Below the pieces are notes generated by a model that was given only the letters and a program-made list of their open reading frames with translations, did not search any database and was not told the DNA's origin. Shown one piece after another: positions 48,043 to 58,320 of a stretch of 64,000 nt of DNA (position 1 is the first letter of the stretch; each line of letters opens with the position of its first letter). The stretch comes from Candidatus Thorarchaeota archaeon (GTDB lineage Archaea > Asgardarchaeota > Thorarchaeia > Thorarchaeales > Thorarchaeaceae), in contig JBHLRS010000003.1 of assembly GCA_048882325.1 (NCBI GenBank), positions 64,001 to 128,000 of the forward strand. The letters are read 5' to 3'. Position numbers and translations under genes: made by a program.

Positions 48043-49142
48043 ACAGAGCCAGCCTGTTTCTCCTTTTCTTTGTCCAGATCCTTGACACGCTTCTCAATAC
48101 CACCTTCAGCTTTTTCAATTCGCTTCTGAATGTCCTTTATTCGTTTTTCTCGTGATGAGACCTCGTTCTTCATTCGCTTCTCGGACTGTTGATACACCTT
48201 AGTGGCGTCATTCCACTCTTGTTTTGCTAGCCGTAATTGTTCCTCCAAGCTCTCAAAATGAATCCTCTTGACCTCTGCTACATTCCAGTAGTCCTGAACT
48301 TCTGACTCAAGTCGTGAACGAACAGTGTCCAAATCAGAATTGAACTGTGCTAGCTCCGTGTGCAGATTCTTCAGGTCATTGACGATACCGATTATTTGTG
48401 GGTCTTGTCTGTAATCAGGGTCTGGCAATCCAGATAGAATTGAAGATATCTCAGGAATCGATGAAGCTGTGGGCTTTGGTGCTGGTCTTAGCGGAGGTGG
48501 TGTAAGGGTCGGAGCTTTTGCGGCAACTTTGGTCATAGGCGGTTGCGCAGTTGGTTTTGGTTCTGGAGCTGGTGTCTTCGCCGCTGGTGGTCCCACAGGA
48601 GCTGTTGGCTGTGGTTGTGCTGGACTAGGACTTGGTGGTCCTGTTGCTCCGGGTGGAGCAGACCCAGGTGGTGTAGCAGGAGCTGCTGTAGGTGGAGCTG
48701 ACGCAGCAGGCGGTGGAGTGGCCGGCATCGCTGGAGTTGCATCACGTTGAGTTTCCAGCTCTCCCATAAGCTCTTGCACCTCACTCGCTCTGAGCATTCT
48801 TGTTTCAATGATGCCTTCTCCTTCCTCCTCAATACCGACCTTGTCCGCTTTAGCAAAAGCTTCCATCGCTTTCTCCATCTCAGACTTTGGTTTAGTAGTT
48901 CCCTCGGCAGCTCTCACGCGGTCTCGGGAGACCTGACTTGGTTTGACCCACTCATCATTGGTGGTCACTCTTGCTTCGCTTGTTGAAGATACAGGCGGTG
49001 GAGCTGCTTGAGGAGTAGGAGTTTCAGCTGGAGAGGAGATAGTCTGCGGCCTTGACTCTACAGACAATAGGTTTCCTCCACAGCGTATACAGTACTTTCT
49101 AGTGGGCTGATTTGCCCTACCACATTTGGGACAGGTTCTCAT
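48039..49142 (-). CDS. Zinc-ribbon / proline-rich / coiled-coil protein
   Basis: CPKCG..N....KYC..CG, a long Pro/Ala/Thr-rich linker, and a ~110-aa C-terminal coiled coil. Confidence 0.8.
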   Translation of the reverse strand: MRTCPKCGRANQPTRKYCIRCGGNLLSVESRPQTISSPAETPTPQAAPPPVSSTSEARVTTNDEWVKPSQVSRDRVRAAEGTTKPKSEMEKAMEAFAKADKVGIEEEGEGIIETRMLRASEVQELMGELETQRDATPAMPATPPPAASAPPTAAPATPPGSAPPGATGPPSPSPAQPQPTAPVGPPAAKTPAPEPKPTAQPPMTKVAAKAPTLTPPPLRPAPKPTASSIPEISSILSGLPDPDYRQDPQIIGIVNDLKNLHTELAQFNSDLDTVRSRLESEVQDYWNVAEVKRIHFESLEEQLRLAKQEWNDATKVYQQSEKRMKNEVSSREKRIKDIQKRIEKAEGGIEKRVKDLDKEKEKQAGSV

Positions 49143-49289
49143 AATGGTCCAGCTCCATCAAGCGAATCAACTAACATTAGATACATCTATACTGTAAAGG
49201 TTTTCTGAGATACAAGTGCGCCACTCTCTATAACCAAGGTAAGCTAATATTCGATATTCGTTGACGTAATTCACCGGTGATATGACTTG

Positions 49290-50873
49290 ATGAGTCATGC
49301 AATCGAAGCACTCCTTATAACTGACAAAGGTGGAAGTCCGAGATTCTACATGCAACTGGATCCCAAAGCTCTCAATATGGATCCGGTGATGGCTTCCAGT
49401 TTCTTTGCTGCCATTGACATGTTCTCTAAGGAGGTATTCGATGAGAAAGCTCCGGTTGTCCAGGTTGACTATGGTGCACGACTATTCACTTTGATTAATG
49501 GTGTAAACACAAACATGATAGCTGTTAGTGTTCAACGGCTTGGACAAGAGTCGATAGACATTCTTGATTCTCTTCTTGCTGAGTTTGAACTTGACTGGCT
49601 TGAAATTGTAGATCCTTTCCAGTTCAGTTTTGAAACATCTTTTGTTGATGTGTATTTGGAGGCATTCGGTGAGCGTGTTATGGAGAAGCTCTCACTCCGA
49701 TTACTCGGTGAAACATGGGTTCCTTACTTCACAACAAAACCAGACGCGCTTGAATCTGTCTTCAGTATCCTCATGGATTACATTAATGGTTCTAGGAATG
49801 TGAAGGAGATAATCGAGGTCAGTGGTCTCTCACGTCGTGAGGTTGTCCTTGATCTCTCAAAGCTATGGGCACATCGAGTAATTCGATTTCGAAACATGTT
49901 CAATTTCAATGACTTCATGACCACTGGAACTCAGTTTGTGAGATATGCACAAGCAACATCCGCTGAAACACAGGATTTGCAGTCGCTTCATCCTGATATG
50001 GCTGGGGTGATCCCACATCTTGCAGGTATGATAGATGGACGTCGAACTGTCCGAGAAATCCTCGCAGTGCTTGGCACCCGCTATGATGAGAGCGAACTGC
50101 TTCGAGCATTAGACTATCTAATTGAAGTTGGAGTGATTGAAGCCCTAACTCCTGAAAAAAGGCGAATTCTCCTTGTAAAGGAGGCTCTTGAGCTCGCAAT
50201 CAGAGTGGCTGAAGGGACTTACAACGTTGCAGAGGCAACCAATGCATTGCAGTTTGTTATGAAGACTAGTAAGACCCCTGAGGCCCTAAGTCAGATTCAA
50301 CTCAAAGATGGTAAGTGGAAGGTTGACTTTGATTTCAAGATACTCGAAGGTCTGAACCATAAACGGCTCATGTTACTATTTGGGGAATGGATGAAGATTC
50401 TTGCCCAGTTCGTCAATGCATTGAATCCCGTCAAACTGAACCTGTACATCGGAAATCTGACCACTGTGATTTCGCAAAGAATAATCTGTCGATACTCAGC
50501 ATTCGACCTAAGAGGGTTCGAGGAATTTGCTTATTGGCTGGAGATACTAAGTACCCCTACGAAACCTCACGTTGGACCGATTGAAACCAGTCACCTACGG
50601 ATTGCATGGTCAAACGCTTTGGAGGAATTGGGGTATCTTTTAGTAACCCGCGGCCACATCATTTACAAGTCTGAGAGTATTACACAGATTCGGTCAACGT
50701 CTGGAACCCCACTCATAGACCTTCTTCCAACAGAGTGGGTTGGACGAGACCGAATAGAGACCTTTGAGCGAATAATGGTGGAATATGCAAATCTAGGTCC
50801 AGCAGCAAAGCTGACATTACTTGTCCTTGCGACTCAACGTGGTATCTTGATACCCAAAGAAATCATCATTTAG
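49290..50873 (+). CDS. Longin-like domain plus tandem winged-helix protein (NPRL2/Npr2-like)
   Basis: Longin-type N-terminus (LLITDKGG...DP.MASSFFAAI..FS.E) and two [IM].G.R.V.EI repeats. Confidence 0.7.
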   Translation: MSHAIEALLITDKGGSPRFYMQLDPKALNMDPVMASSFFAAIDMFSKEVFDEKAPVVQVDYGARLFTLINGVNTNMIAVSVQRLGQESIDILDSLLAEFELDWLEIVDPFQFSFETSFVDVYLEAFGERVMEKLSLRLLGETWVPYFTTKPDALESVFSILMDYINGSRNVKEIIEVSGLSRREVVLDLSKLWAHRVIRFRNMFNFNDFMTTGTQFVRYAQATSAETQDLQSLHPDMAGVIPHLAGMIDGRRTVREILAVLGTRYDESELLRALDYLIEVGVIEALTPEKRRILLVKEALELAIRVAEGTYNVAEATNALQFVMKTSKTPEALSQIQLKDGKWKVDFDFKILEGLNHKRLMLLFGEWMKILAQFVNALNPVKLNLYIGNLTTVISQRIICRYSAFDLRGFEEFAYWLEILSTPTKPHVGPIETSHLRIAWSNALEELGYLLVTRGHIIYKSESITQIRSTSGTPLIDLLPTEWVGRDRIETFERIMVEYANLGPAAKLTLLVLATQRGILIPKEIII

Positions 50874-50937
50874 TTGTGCATTTCGTCTGAAGAACTGTTA
50901 TCTAAGAAAATTGAAGAAACCTATGTGGTGACCGTGA

Positions 50938-51453
50938 ATGAGCCCTTCCTATCTATTGAAAATTGTCACAGTTGGAGCTGCCTCAGTTGGGAAAACTAGT
51001 ATTATCATAAGATACTCAACAGGCACGTTCCGTGAACATTACTCTCCAACACTTGGTGTGGGTTTTGCATACAAGAAGATGGAGGTCGATGAGGACTCCG
51101 TGAACCTACAGATTTGGGACCTAGGCTCGCAGGACTTCCTTGAGCGGACGCGTGCCAATTACTACCTGGGAGCTCAAGGTGTTGTCTTCATGTTTGATGT
51201 CACATCTTGGGAGTCACTAAATGAAGTCATTGATTGGAAGAAAGAAGTCGACAGAAATCTTGATGATTACAAAGCACTTCTGGTAGGAAATAAGACCGAC
51301 CTTGCAATGGAGAGGGTAGTTTCCACTGAAGAGGGTCAGAAGATTGCGAAGCAAATGGGGGTAGACTACATAGAAACGTCAGTTCGTCTTGACATGAATG
51401 TGAATACTGCCTTTGAGATGATAGCAAGAAGTATCATTTCATCGTTCCACTAA
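50938..51453 (+). CDS. Rab/Ras-like small GTPase
   Basis: G1 GAASVGKT, G2 PTLGV, G3 WDLGSQ, G4 GNKTD, G5 ETSV. No C-terminal prenylation Cys. Confidence 0.93.
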   Translation: MSPSYLLKIVTVGAASVGKTSIIIRYSTGTFREHYSPTLGVGFAYKKMEVDEDSVNLQIWDLGSQDFLERTRANYYLGAQGVVFMFDVTSWESLNEVIDWKKEVDRNLDDYKALLVGNKTDLAMERVVSTEEGQKIAKQMGVDYIETSVRLDMNVNTAFEMIARSIISSFH

Positions 51454-51604
51454 AACCTGTACCCGTTCAACTGAGCTCTGTCAATTTCTTATGAAGCTTT
51501 GAATTATATTCTATAGAAGGTCCTATTGCGTTACCCATCTCTTCAAGGTCTGGTAGAATCCACCAGATTGTTTGATCTGAAAGTACTATATCGATGCAAC
51601 TTTT

Positions 51605-53074
51605 CTACTTTGAAGCCTTCTCCCTTGCAATCTCCAACGGCGGCATGACTTCCTTTGGAATTGGGCAAACGTATTTTTTACCAGTCATTCTCTCTGCATG
51701 CTCATCCTTGATTTTCTTCAGTAAATCGGGCTTAGTGAAGAGGTCGACTGCCGTACCCGCTATAACCTTGGATGCGAAGATGAGCGACTTATGTCCGATA
51801 CTCATTCCGCAACAAGCAACCCATTGCCAGTCATGTCCAGCACCTTCAAGAACTGCAGTAGCTGTTTGGAACTCCATGGTTGGGGCAATCCAACTGACAT
51901 CTGCAGTGTCCGTTGATCCTGGCCACACTATTCCCTCATCCCATGGGTCATGTATCTTGCTGTCAATGTGAACATCGTCTTCCACCAATTTCTCCCATCC
52001 AGGACGTTTTGAAGCCCTTAGAAGCTCTATCTTCTTCTCCTTTGTCACCGATTTTGCAATTTCCTCTGCGAATTTCATCTCCTCATCCGTGTAAGTAGGT
52101 GCACCTATCTCTCTCATATTGGTAATGACAAGCTCACTAAGACACTTACTAGGGAGCTCATTAGAGAGGCCCTCTAGAAATTCTACCTTCAGTTCAGTCT
52201 GGGTCATTAACGCTGCCCCCTCAGCAATCTTCAGTACCCAGTCATAGATGTGGTTGACCTGTTCTCGTTCTGGAGCTCGAATATAATACCATGTGCGGGC
52301 ATAATCAGGGACAACGTTAGGCTGCCTACCTCCCTCTTCAATCACGTAATGAACACGTGCCTCCTGTATCACATGCTCTCGCATGAAGTTTACACCTACA
52401 TTCATGAGTTCAACCGCATCGAGTGCGCTTCTCCCAATATAAGGTGTAGCGGCTGAATGGGCTGTCTTGCCATAGAAATGAAACTTCGCTGAGTTCATGG
52501 CTAGCGAACTCCCTAGTCCCGCAACATTGAAGCGGCCCGGATGGTGACTTAGTACTGCATCAATACCCTCAAAGCATCCTGCCCTGACCATGAAGACTTT
52601 ACCACTATAGGTTTCCTCGGCTGGGGTTCCAAGAAACTTGACCGTTCCTTTCATACCGTGTTTTTCCATTACCGTCTTCGTGGCTATCGCTCCAGTCACA
52701 CCCGTCATTCCATGGATATTGTGTCCACATCCATGTCCAGGTGCCCCCTCCTCTACGGGTTCTCGATATGGTACTGGTTTCTGCGAGAGCCCCGGAAGGG
52801 CGTCATATTCTCCCATAAAACCGATTGTTGGGTCTCCTTTTCCATAGGTTGCTACAAATGCGGTTGGCATGTCTGCAACACCCATCTCAACCGAAAAGTC
52901 ATGTTCCTCCAGAATCTTAGCAAGAAACTTCGAGGACTTGTCTTCCACAAGACCAAGCTCTGCAAATTCCCAAACTTTGTTGCTCGCTTCGATTATCATC
53001 TGTTCATTGTCTGTTATCCAATCCCATGCATCTTGCTTCATTTGGTTGACCCAATCCACAACCAACTCACTCAC
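51605..53074 (-). CDS. M20D amidohydrolase (AbgB-like)
   Basis: GEYDALPGLSQ, GHGCGHN, GTPAEE, GRSALDAVELM, GSTD.ADVSW. Confidence 0.92.
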   Translation of the reverse strand: MSELVVDWVNQMKQDAWDWITDNEQMIIEASNKVWEFAELGLVEDKSSKFLAKILEEHDFSVEMGVADMPTAFVATYGKGDPTIGFMGEYDALPGLSQKPVPYREPVEEGAPGHGCGHNIHGMTGVTGAIATKTVMEKHGMKGTVKFLGTPAEETYSGKVFMVRAGCFEGIDAVLSHHPGRFNVAGLGSSLAMNSAKFHFYGKTAHSAATPYIGRSALDAVELMNVGVNFMREHVIQEARVHYVIEEGGRQPNVVPDYARTWYYIRAPEREQVNHIYDWVLKIAEGAALMTQTELKVEFLEGLSNELPSKCLSELVITNMREIGAPTYTDEEMKFAEEIAKSVTKEKKIELLRASKRPGWEKLVEDDVHIDSKIHDPWDEGIVWPGSTDTADVSWIAPTMEFQTATAVLEGAGHDWQWVACCGMSIGHKSLIFASKVIAGTAVDLFTKPDLLKKIKDEHAERMTGKKYVCPIPKEVMPPLEIAREKASK

Positions 53075-53168
53075 TCTTAAATCTGGCCTGATGTGAGTAG
53101 TTTCATAATTCTTGCTACAAACTTGCTATTGATATTGACTTTCACAGATGATTTGCAGAGTGACTGAG

Positions 53169-54214
53169 ATGCAAGAAAAAGAGGAGAACGTGGTTTACAA
53201 ATTTATAGAACCAGTCTTGGTAGCACAAATCAGAATACATGGTTACTCAAGTGATTTACCAGTAGCATTTTCTAAACTACAAGAACTTGTTAGAAACCTT
53301 GTCATTGGCAGTCCTATTGTGGTTCATCATTGGGGAGTCAACGATGAACACGGTCATGATATGGATGTATGTGTTCCGATAAAGAAGCAAGTAGAAGAGA
53401 GAGGTGTTATGATTACAACTCTTCCTGCAAAAGATGCGATGACAATGATACACAAGGGACCATATTCAGACATTGGACCATCGTACTCGAAGATCTCAAG
53501 TCACACCTACGAACGAGGACATCCCATAGCGGAATCATCTCGAGAAATATATCATCACTTAGATGTCAACCACCCGGAAGACACTATCATCGAGATTCAG
53601 ACGATTCTACATGATTGGACACAGAGGTATTCAGCAAAGCTGGAATCTGTTCTGGGCAAGACAATAAAAGAAGAAGTCCTTGCCCCTTTGAATGGTCTTG
53701 ATGTTGACTCATCTGCTGATATTCGACAGAAAGCCCTCTGCAGATCACTTGATTTCTTGGAAAATCTAACAGATGATGATCAACAGTATGAAATTCTGTC
53801 GCATTGCGCACATGTTTTCCCTGTGGAACTCATTCCTCCGATGAGAGCACTGTTAAAGTCAACTGAAGTGTAGATAAGGTGATTGAAGCAATGCTGGCAA
53901 AAGGAGGATACTATCCAAAGATCATTAATCGAGAAGGCTCAATTATTTTTACAGAAAAGAGTCCTGCTAACCCAACAGCCTTCAAGGATGCCCAAACAGA
54001 TGCTCATCGAAAAAAGGCTTACTGTTTTTGTCCACTAATCAGGGACTACCTTGATGAGGTTCCCCAGATTTTCTGTATTTGTTCAGCAGGATGGCCGAAA
54101 CAACTTTGGGAGGGTATTTTTGAAAAGCCACTCAAGATAGAGATAGTACAGTCTCTGACAAAAGGGGATGACACGTGCGAATTCGCTATTCATATCCCTC
54201 CAGAAATCTCATGA
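53169..54214 (+). pseudogene. GyrI-like effector domain plus Cys-rich C-terminal domain, split by a frameshift
   Basis: GyrI motifs H.GPY, REIY. Frame changes at ~53865-53873 and continues as SVDKVIEAM...YCFCP...FCICSAGW...GDDTCEFAI. Confidence 0.65.
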
Positions 54215-55615
54215 AACAGGCAGTAGAATACGATATGCCGTTCCTCTGTCTTCTTTGATGAGTTCTATTGATCCTCCATATCCTTCAACGACTTTCTTGC
54301 TCAGATACAGACCAAAACCTCCGCCAGTTGTTGAAGTTCCTTTCTCAAATAGGTCTGGTAGTATTTCTTCAGGAATGCCAGGGCCATCGTCTCTGATGAT
54401 GGTCTGTACATCTGATCCCTCTTGGGACACTTCTATAGTCACTGAAACATCACCCTCAGAATACTCTGCTGAGTTGCGCAGAAGATTGTCAAAAACTATG
54501 GCAATCAAACGAGCACTTTCGAGTTCAACGTTTGGTAATGCTGATTGAAGAGTGACACTGAGATTGGGGTGTGCTTTCTCAGCTTGAACTTTCACTTTTT
54601 CCAGTATTTTTATGAGGTCTCTTTCCTCCGCCGCTCCAGGTCGACCAAATACATCAAGAAGATGCACCATCCTCTCAGAAGCCGCCTCTACAGTCTGAAT
54701 GTATTCCTTGACTGTATTATCCGCATCCATCAACATCAACGCCGCCTCTGCATGATTCATAATGACCTGCAGATCGTTTCTGATATCATGCTGCAGAAAA
54801 GAGGCATAGAGCTCAAGGTCTCTATGAGATTGAGCCGCTTTTCGATCAGCCATTATACGTTGTGTGATATCTTCTTTCACAGCGACATAGTGTGTTATAA
54901 CGCCCTCTGAACTGAAGATTGGCGAGATCCATGCATCCTCCCAGTATAGATCCCCATTCTTCTTTTTATTGACAAAAAGCCCCCTCCAAGGACGACCCTC
55001 CGTCAGAGTTCTCCAGAGGTCTTCATGTGTTTCTACCGGAGTCAATTCTGATTTGAGAATTCTCGGATTTTTCCCTACTGCCTCTGCCATGGAGTACCCA
55101 GTAAGTGATGAGAACTTTGGATTGACATACTCTATTGTTCCTTCGGAATCTGTGATGACTACAGAAGTTGGACTTTGTTCAACAGCTCTAGAGAGTTTAC
55201 GAAGATCCTCCTCCGCTTCTCTCTCTTTTGTTACATCTATCACTACTGCAATGGCGCCAATGATCTTATCAAACTCATCCTTTCTCGGTACTGCAGAAAC
55301 TCGCACAACAATTGTCTTACCGTCCTTTCGTTTCATTAAGAGTTCGTATGCTGAGGAAACACCTGCCAGTCTGTCTGATGTTTCCCTACGCAAAGTGTCT
55401 AATTCCTTCTCAGAAACAAGATCAAAAACATTCATCCCTCTTAGTTCGTTGAGTTCATATCCTAGTATCTTTGCAAAGGCATCATTCACAAAAACAAGGT
55501 TCTCATCAAGATCTGTGATTCCAACCCCCTCTGGAAGAAGAGCCAAGAGGTCCCTATAACTCCTCTTGGTCATTCTCAGGATATCTGGGCTAGCATCGGT
55601 CTTTCGTGACGACAT
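54209..55615 (-). CDS. PAS-PAS sensor histidine kinase
   Basis: Two PAS/PAC domains, H-box QHDIRNDL, N-box NLLRNS, DDGPGI, GFGL. Confidence 0.93.
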   Translation of the reverse strand: MSSRKTDASPDILRMTKRSYRDLLALLPEGVGITDLDENLVFVNDAFAKILGYELNELRGMNVFDLVSEKELDTLRRETSDRLAGVSSAYELLMKRKDGKTIVVRVSAVPRKDEFDKIIGAIAVVIDVTKEREAEEDLRKLSRAVEQSPTSVVITDSEGTIEYVNPKFSSLTGYSMAEAVGKNPRILKSELTPVETHEDLWRTLTEGRPWRGLFVNKKKNGDLYWEDAWISPIFSSEGVITHYVAVKEDITQRIMADRKAAQSHRDLELYASFLQHDIRNDLQVIMNHAEAALMLMDADNTVKEYIQTVEAASERMVHLLDVFGRPGAAEERDLIKILEKVKVQAEKAHPNLSVTLQSALPNVELESARLIAIVFDNLLRNSAEYSEGDVSVTIEVSQEGSDVQTIIRDDGPGIPEEILPDLFEKGTSTTGGGFGLYLSKKVVEGYGGSIELIKEDRGTAYRILLPVS

Positions 55616-55797
55616 TTTTGGCTCCACCAAGGGTCCGCGGAATTTTCGGTTGTACCAGATGTATCGTAAATAGACTTTCCGATTTGACTGAGGACCAGCA
55701 ATACACAGGACTAAGCAGAATTTTCTTTCATCCTACCTTGACAGCAAGCTCATATAGTACCAGTTTCAAAGAGGTTAACGAACGGAGTGTTCCCCAA

Positions 55798-57132
55798 ATG
55801 ACCTCCTTAGAATCTACACGAAATATGGCCATCTTCTGGGATGTAGAGAATGTTGCTGATGAATCAGCTACACACAAAGCTATGACAGAGAAGATACGCC
55901 AAGCTGGCAAGGTAACACGTGCATTTGCCTTTGCGGATTGGGATTCTCGTCGTCAGATGGCTGAGGAGCTCTACTCTCTCGGTTATGATTTGATTCACGT
56001 TCCTGACACTAAAGACAACGCTAGTGACTATAAGATGGCTGCATACATTCTGGACCATCTTATGCACTATCCCGAAACCAAGCTCTACGTCCTGATTACA
56101 GGCGATGGAGATTTCAAACTCATCGCAGGTGCACTCAAGGAACGTGGTGTGGAACTATGGTTAATTAGTAATCCTATAATCACTGCATCAGAATTGCCAG
56201 ACATCGCAACGGTATACAGTGACATATTCTCCTTCAGACCTGCCTTGGATTGTGTTCGTCCTGAAGACTGTGATGAGTCAGTCCAGAGTATTGTCCAATT
56301 GAGGCATCTTGCTGCAGTACAGCTTCAAGAAGTGATTCGAGTAATTACTAAATCAGGCAGCAAGCCAGGAGTAGGGCATGCCAAGCATGTGATGCAGTCT
56401 CTCAATCCAGACTTTGATGAGGCCTCAATAGGATTTGGCCACTGGAATGATTTCCTGGATTGGTCAGAAGCTCAGAATTACATCATTAGAGAAGGTGAGA
56501 TGCCCGGTACCATTCTTACACTCCCAGATAAGATTGCTCCTGAAACAGTCAAGATGACACAAGAGGTTAATGATGCGTTTGCGTTCGTGGCTAAGATTGC
56601 TGAAGAAGGGCTCAACGATGGGCCACCTTACAATCTCATAGAACTTGGTAACAGGCTAAGTGAACGTGGACTGGAATTCGATAAAGTTGGTTATAGAAGG
56701 TTCTCAGACTTTGTTCTTGCTGCTGAAAAACGCGGTTTGATTCGGATTGTTTCACCAGAGAAGGAAGGAGACCCTCCGATTGTACTTCCAGTCTATGATG
56801 TAGACCAAATGCAAGATTGGTTCGAGAGGAACGTTGAACGCATATTTGGTCCATCAGTCAATGTTCCCAAAACTTCGTTTCTAAAGAAGATCAGTCTGAT
56901 GCTTCTTGAAACCCAGACAACTCTTAGCGAGCTTGAGAACTGTCTGACAATACCCGAAGTTAAGGAAACTTACAATGAGATACTGACCGCAAGTGAGATT
57001 CCCTTCCTTCCACCGTTCCAACAATCATTAGCGCATATTTTGATAGGCAAAGGACTCGCGTGCTCGAACATTGTTGAAAAGGTCAATGAGGAACTCAGTC
57101 CCCTTGGGATTAAACTCCAATGTCCCGAATAA
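55798..57132 (+). CDS. NYN (LabA/DUF88) ribonuclease with OST-HTH/LOTUS domains
   Basis: IFWDVEN, KDNASD, ITGDGDF. LOTUS-like FDEASIGFGHWNDFL and GYRRFSDFV. Confidence 0.85.
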   Translation: MTSLESTRNMAIFWDVENVADESATHKAMTEKIRQAGKVTRAFAFADWDSRRQMAEELYSLGYDLIHVPDTKDNASDYKMAAYILDHLMHYPETKLYVLITGDGDFKLIAGALKERGVELWLISNPIITASELPDIATVYSDIFSFRPALDCVRPEDCDESVQSIVQLRHLAAVQLQEVIRVITKSGSKPGVGHAKHVMQSLNPDFDEASIGFGHWNDFLDWSEAQNYIIREGEMPGTILTLPDKIAPETVKMTQEVNDAFAFVAKIAEEGLNDGPPYNLIELGNRLSERGLEFDKVGYRRFSDFVLAAEKRGLIRIVSPEKEGDPPIVLPVYDVDQMQDWFERNVERIFGPSVNVPKTSFLKKISLMLLETQTTLSELENCLTIPEVKETYNEILTASEIPFLPPFQQSLAHILIGKGLACSNIVEKVNEELSPLGIKLQCPE

Positions 57133-57182
57133 CAGAAGGGTTATGTATAGCTCCGCATACATAAAATGAGGACGTGATTACT

Positions 57183-58271
57183 ATGAATCCATATGAGAAA
57201 CTTGCACAAGTTCTTGACACCATCCCAAATGGGTACCCACCAGCTGATGATGGTTCACATCTAAAAGTGCTTGAATGGATATTCACACCTGAGGAGGCTG
57301 CACTTGCTGGTCAGTTGAAACTTAGTGGTGAATCTTTAGATGAGATAAGCACACGATTGAATAGGCCAAAGGATGAATTAGAGAAACTCCTTGACGTAAT
57401 GATTGAGAAGGGTCAGATCAACTCCTGGATGTCCAAGAGTGCAGGTGCTAGGAAATATGGATTGATGCCTTTTGCTGTTGGTATATATGAGGAACAGCTG
57501 AATCGGATGGATGCCGAGTTTGCTCAAATTCTAGAACAATACTTCCAAAATGAAACTGGATTCAAGAGGGTTGTAGCAACAGAACCTGTCATATTTCAGG
57601 TAGTACCAGTCAATCAAGCAGTAACCACAGAGCTTGAGATTCACAATTTTCAGCAGGCTGAGCAACTAATCGAGTCTGCTGCCTCCTGGGGTGTAAGAGA
57701 TTGCATATGCAGAAAACAGAAGTCCCTCATTGACGAGCGTTGTGACTATCCTCTATCAGTCTGTCTGGCTTTTGCTCCAAATAGAGAAAATGCGTTCGAT
57801 GATGATGAGCTCACAAAATCGATAACGAAAGAGGAATCTCTCAGACTTCTCAAAGAGGCAGAAGACGCTGGACTTGTTCATTGTACCTACAATGTCCAAT
57901 CTGGTCAAACATTCATCTGTAACTGTTGTACCTGTTGTTGTGGTGTATTGAGAGGAGTCGACAAAGTAGCTGAACCCCGTCAATACATCAAGACCGATTT
58001 CGTGATGACAGTCAATGCTGACCTGTGCACTGGATGCGAAACCTGTATTGATCGATGCCAGTTTGGAGCACTCAGTATTCCGGAAGACATAGCTGTCGTT
58101 AATCCAAAACGTTGTATTGGATGCGGAGTCTGTGCTGTTGTGTGTCCAGAGGGTGCTCTGAAGATTAAACGTGTTGAAACTCCAGAGAAACCAGAACAAC
58201 CAACCAACCAGTTAGATTGGATGACGCAACGCGCCATGTCACGGGGTGTTGACCCATCAGACATAATGTGA
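57183..58271 (+). CDS. 4Fe-4S ferredoxin-domain protein
   Basis: CICR, ICNCCTCCC, CTGCETCIDRC, CIGCGVCAVVCP. Confidence 0.88.
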   Translation: MNPYEKLAQVLDTIPNGYPPADDGSHLKVLEWIFTPEEAALAGQLKLSGESLDEISTRLNRPKDELEKLLDVMIEKGQINSWMSKSAGARKYGLMPFAVGIYEEQLNRMDAEFAQILEQYFQNETGFKRVVATEPVIFQVVPVNQAVTTELEIHNFQQAEQLIESAASWGVRDCICRKQKSLIDERCDYPLSVCLAFAPNRENAFDDDELTKSITKEESLRLLKEAEDAGLVHCTYNVQSGQTFICNCCTCCCGVLRGVDKVAEPRQYIKTDFVMTVNADLCTGCETCIDRCQFGALSIPEDIAVVNPKRCIGCGVCAVVCPEGALKIKRVETPEKPEQPTNQLDWMTQRAMSRGVDPSDIM

Positions 58272-58320
58272 ATGACTAGTCTTAAGAAGAACCGACTAGA
58301 ACATCATTGTGAAGCTGCAT

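Noticed and set aside
48469-48856. Gly/Ala-rich and Gln/His-rich alternative ORFs
   Set aside because: Shadow frames of the proline-rich coding region.
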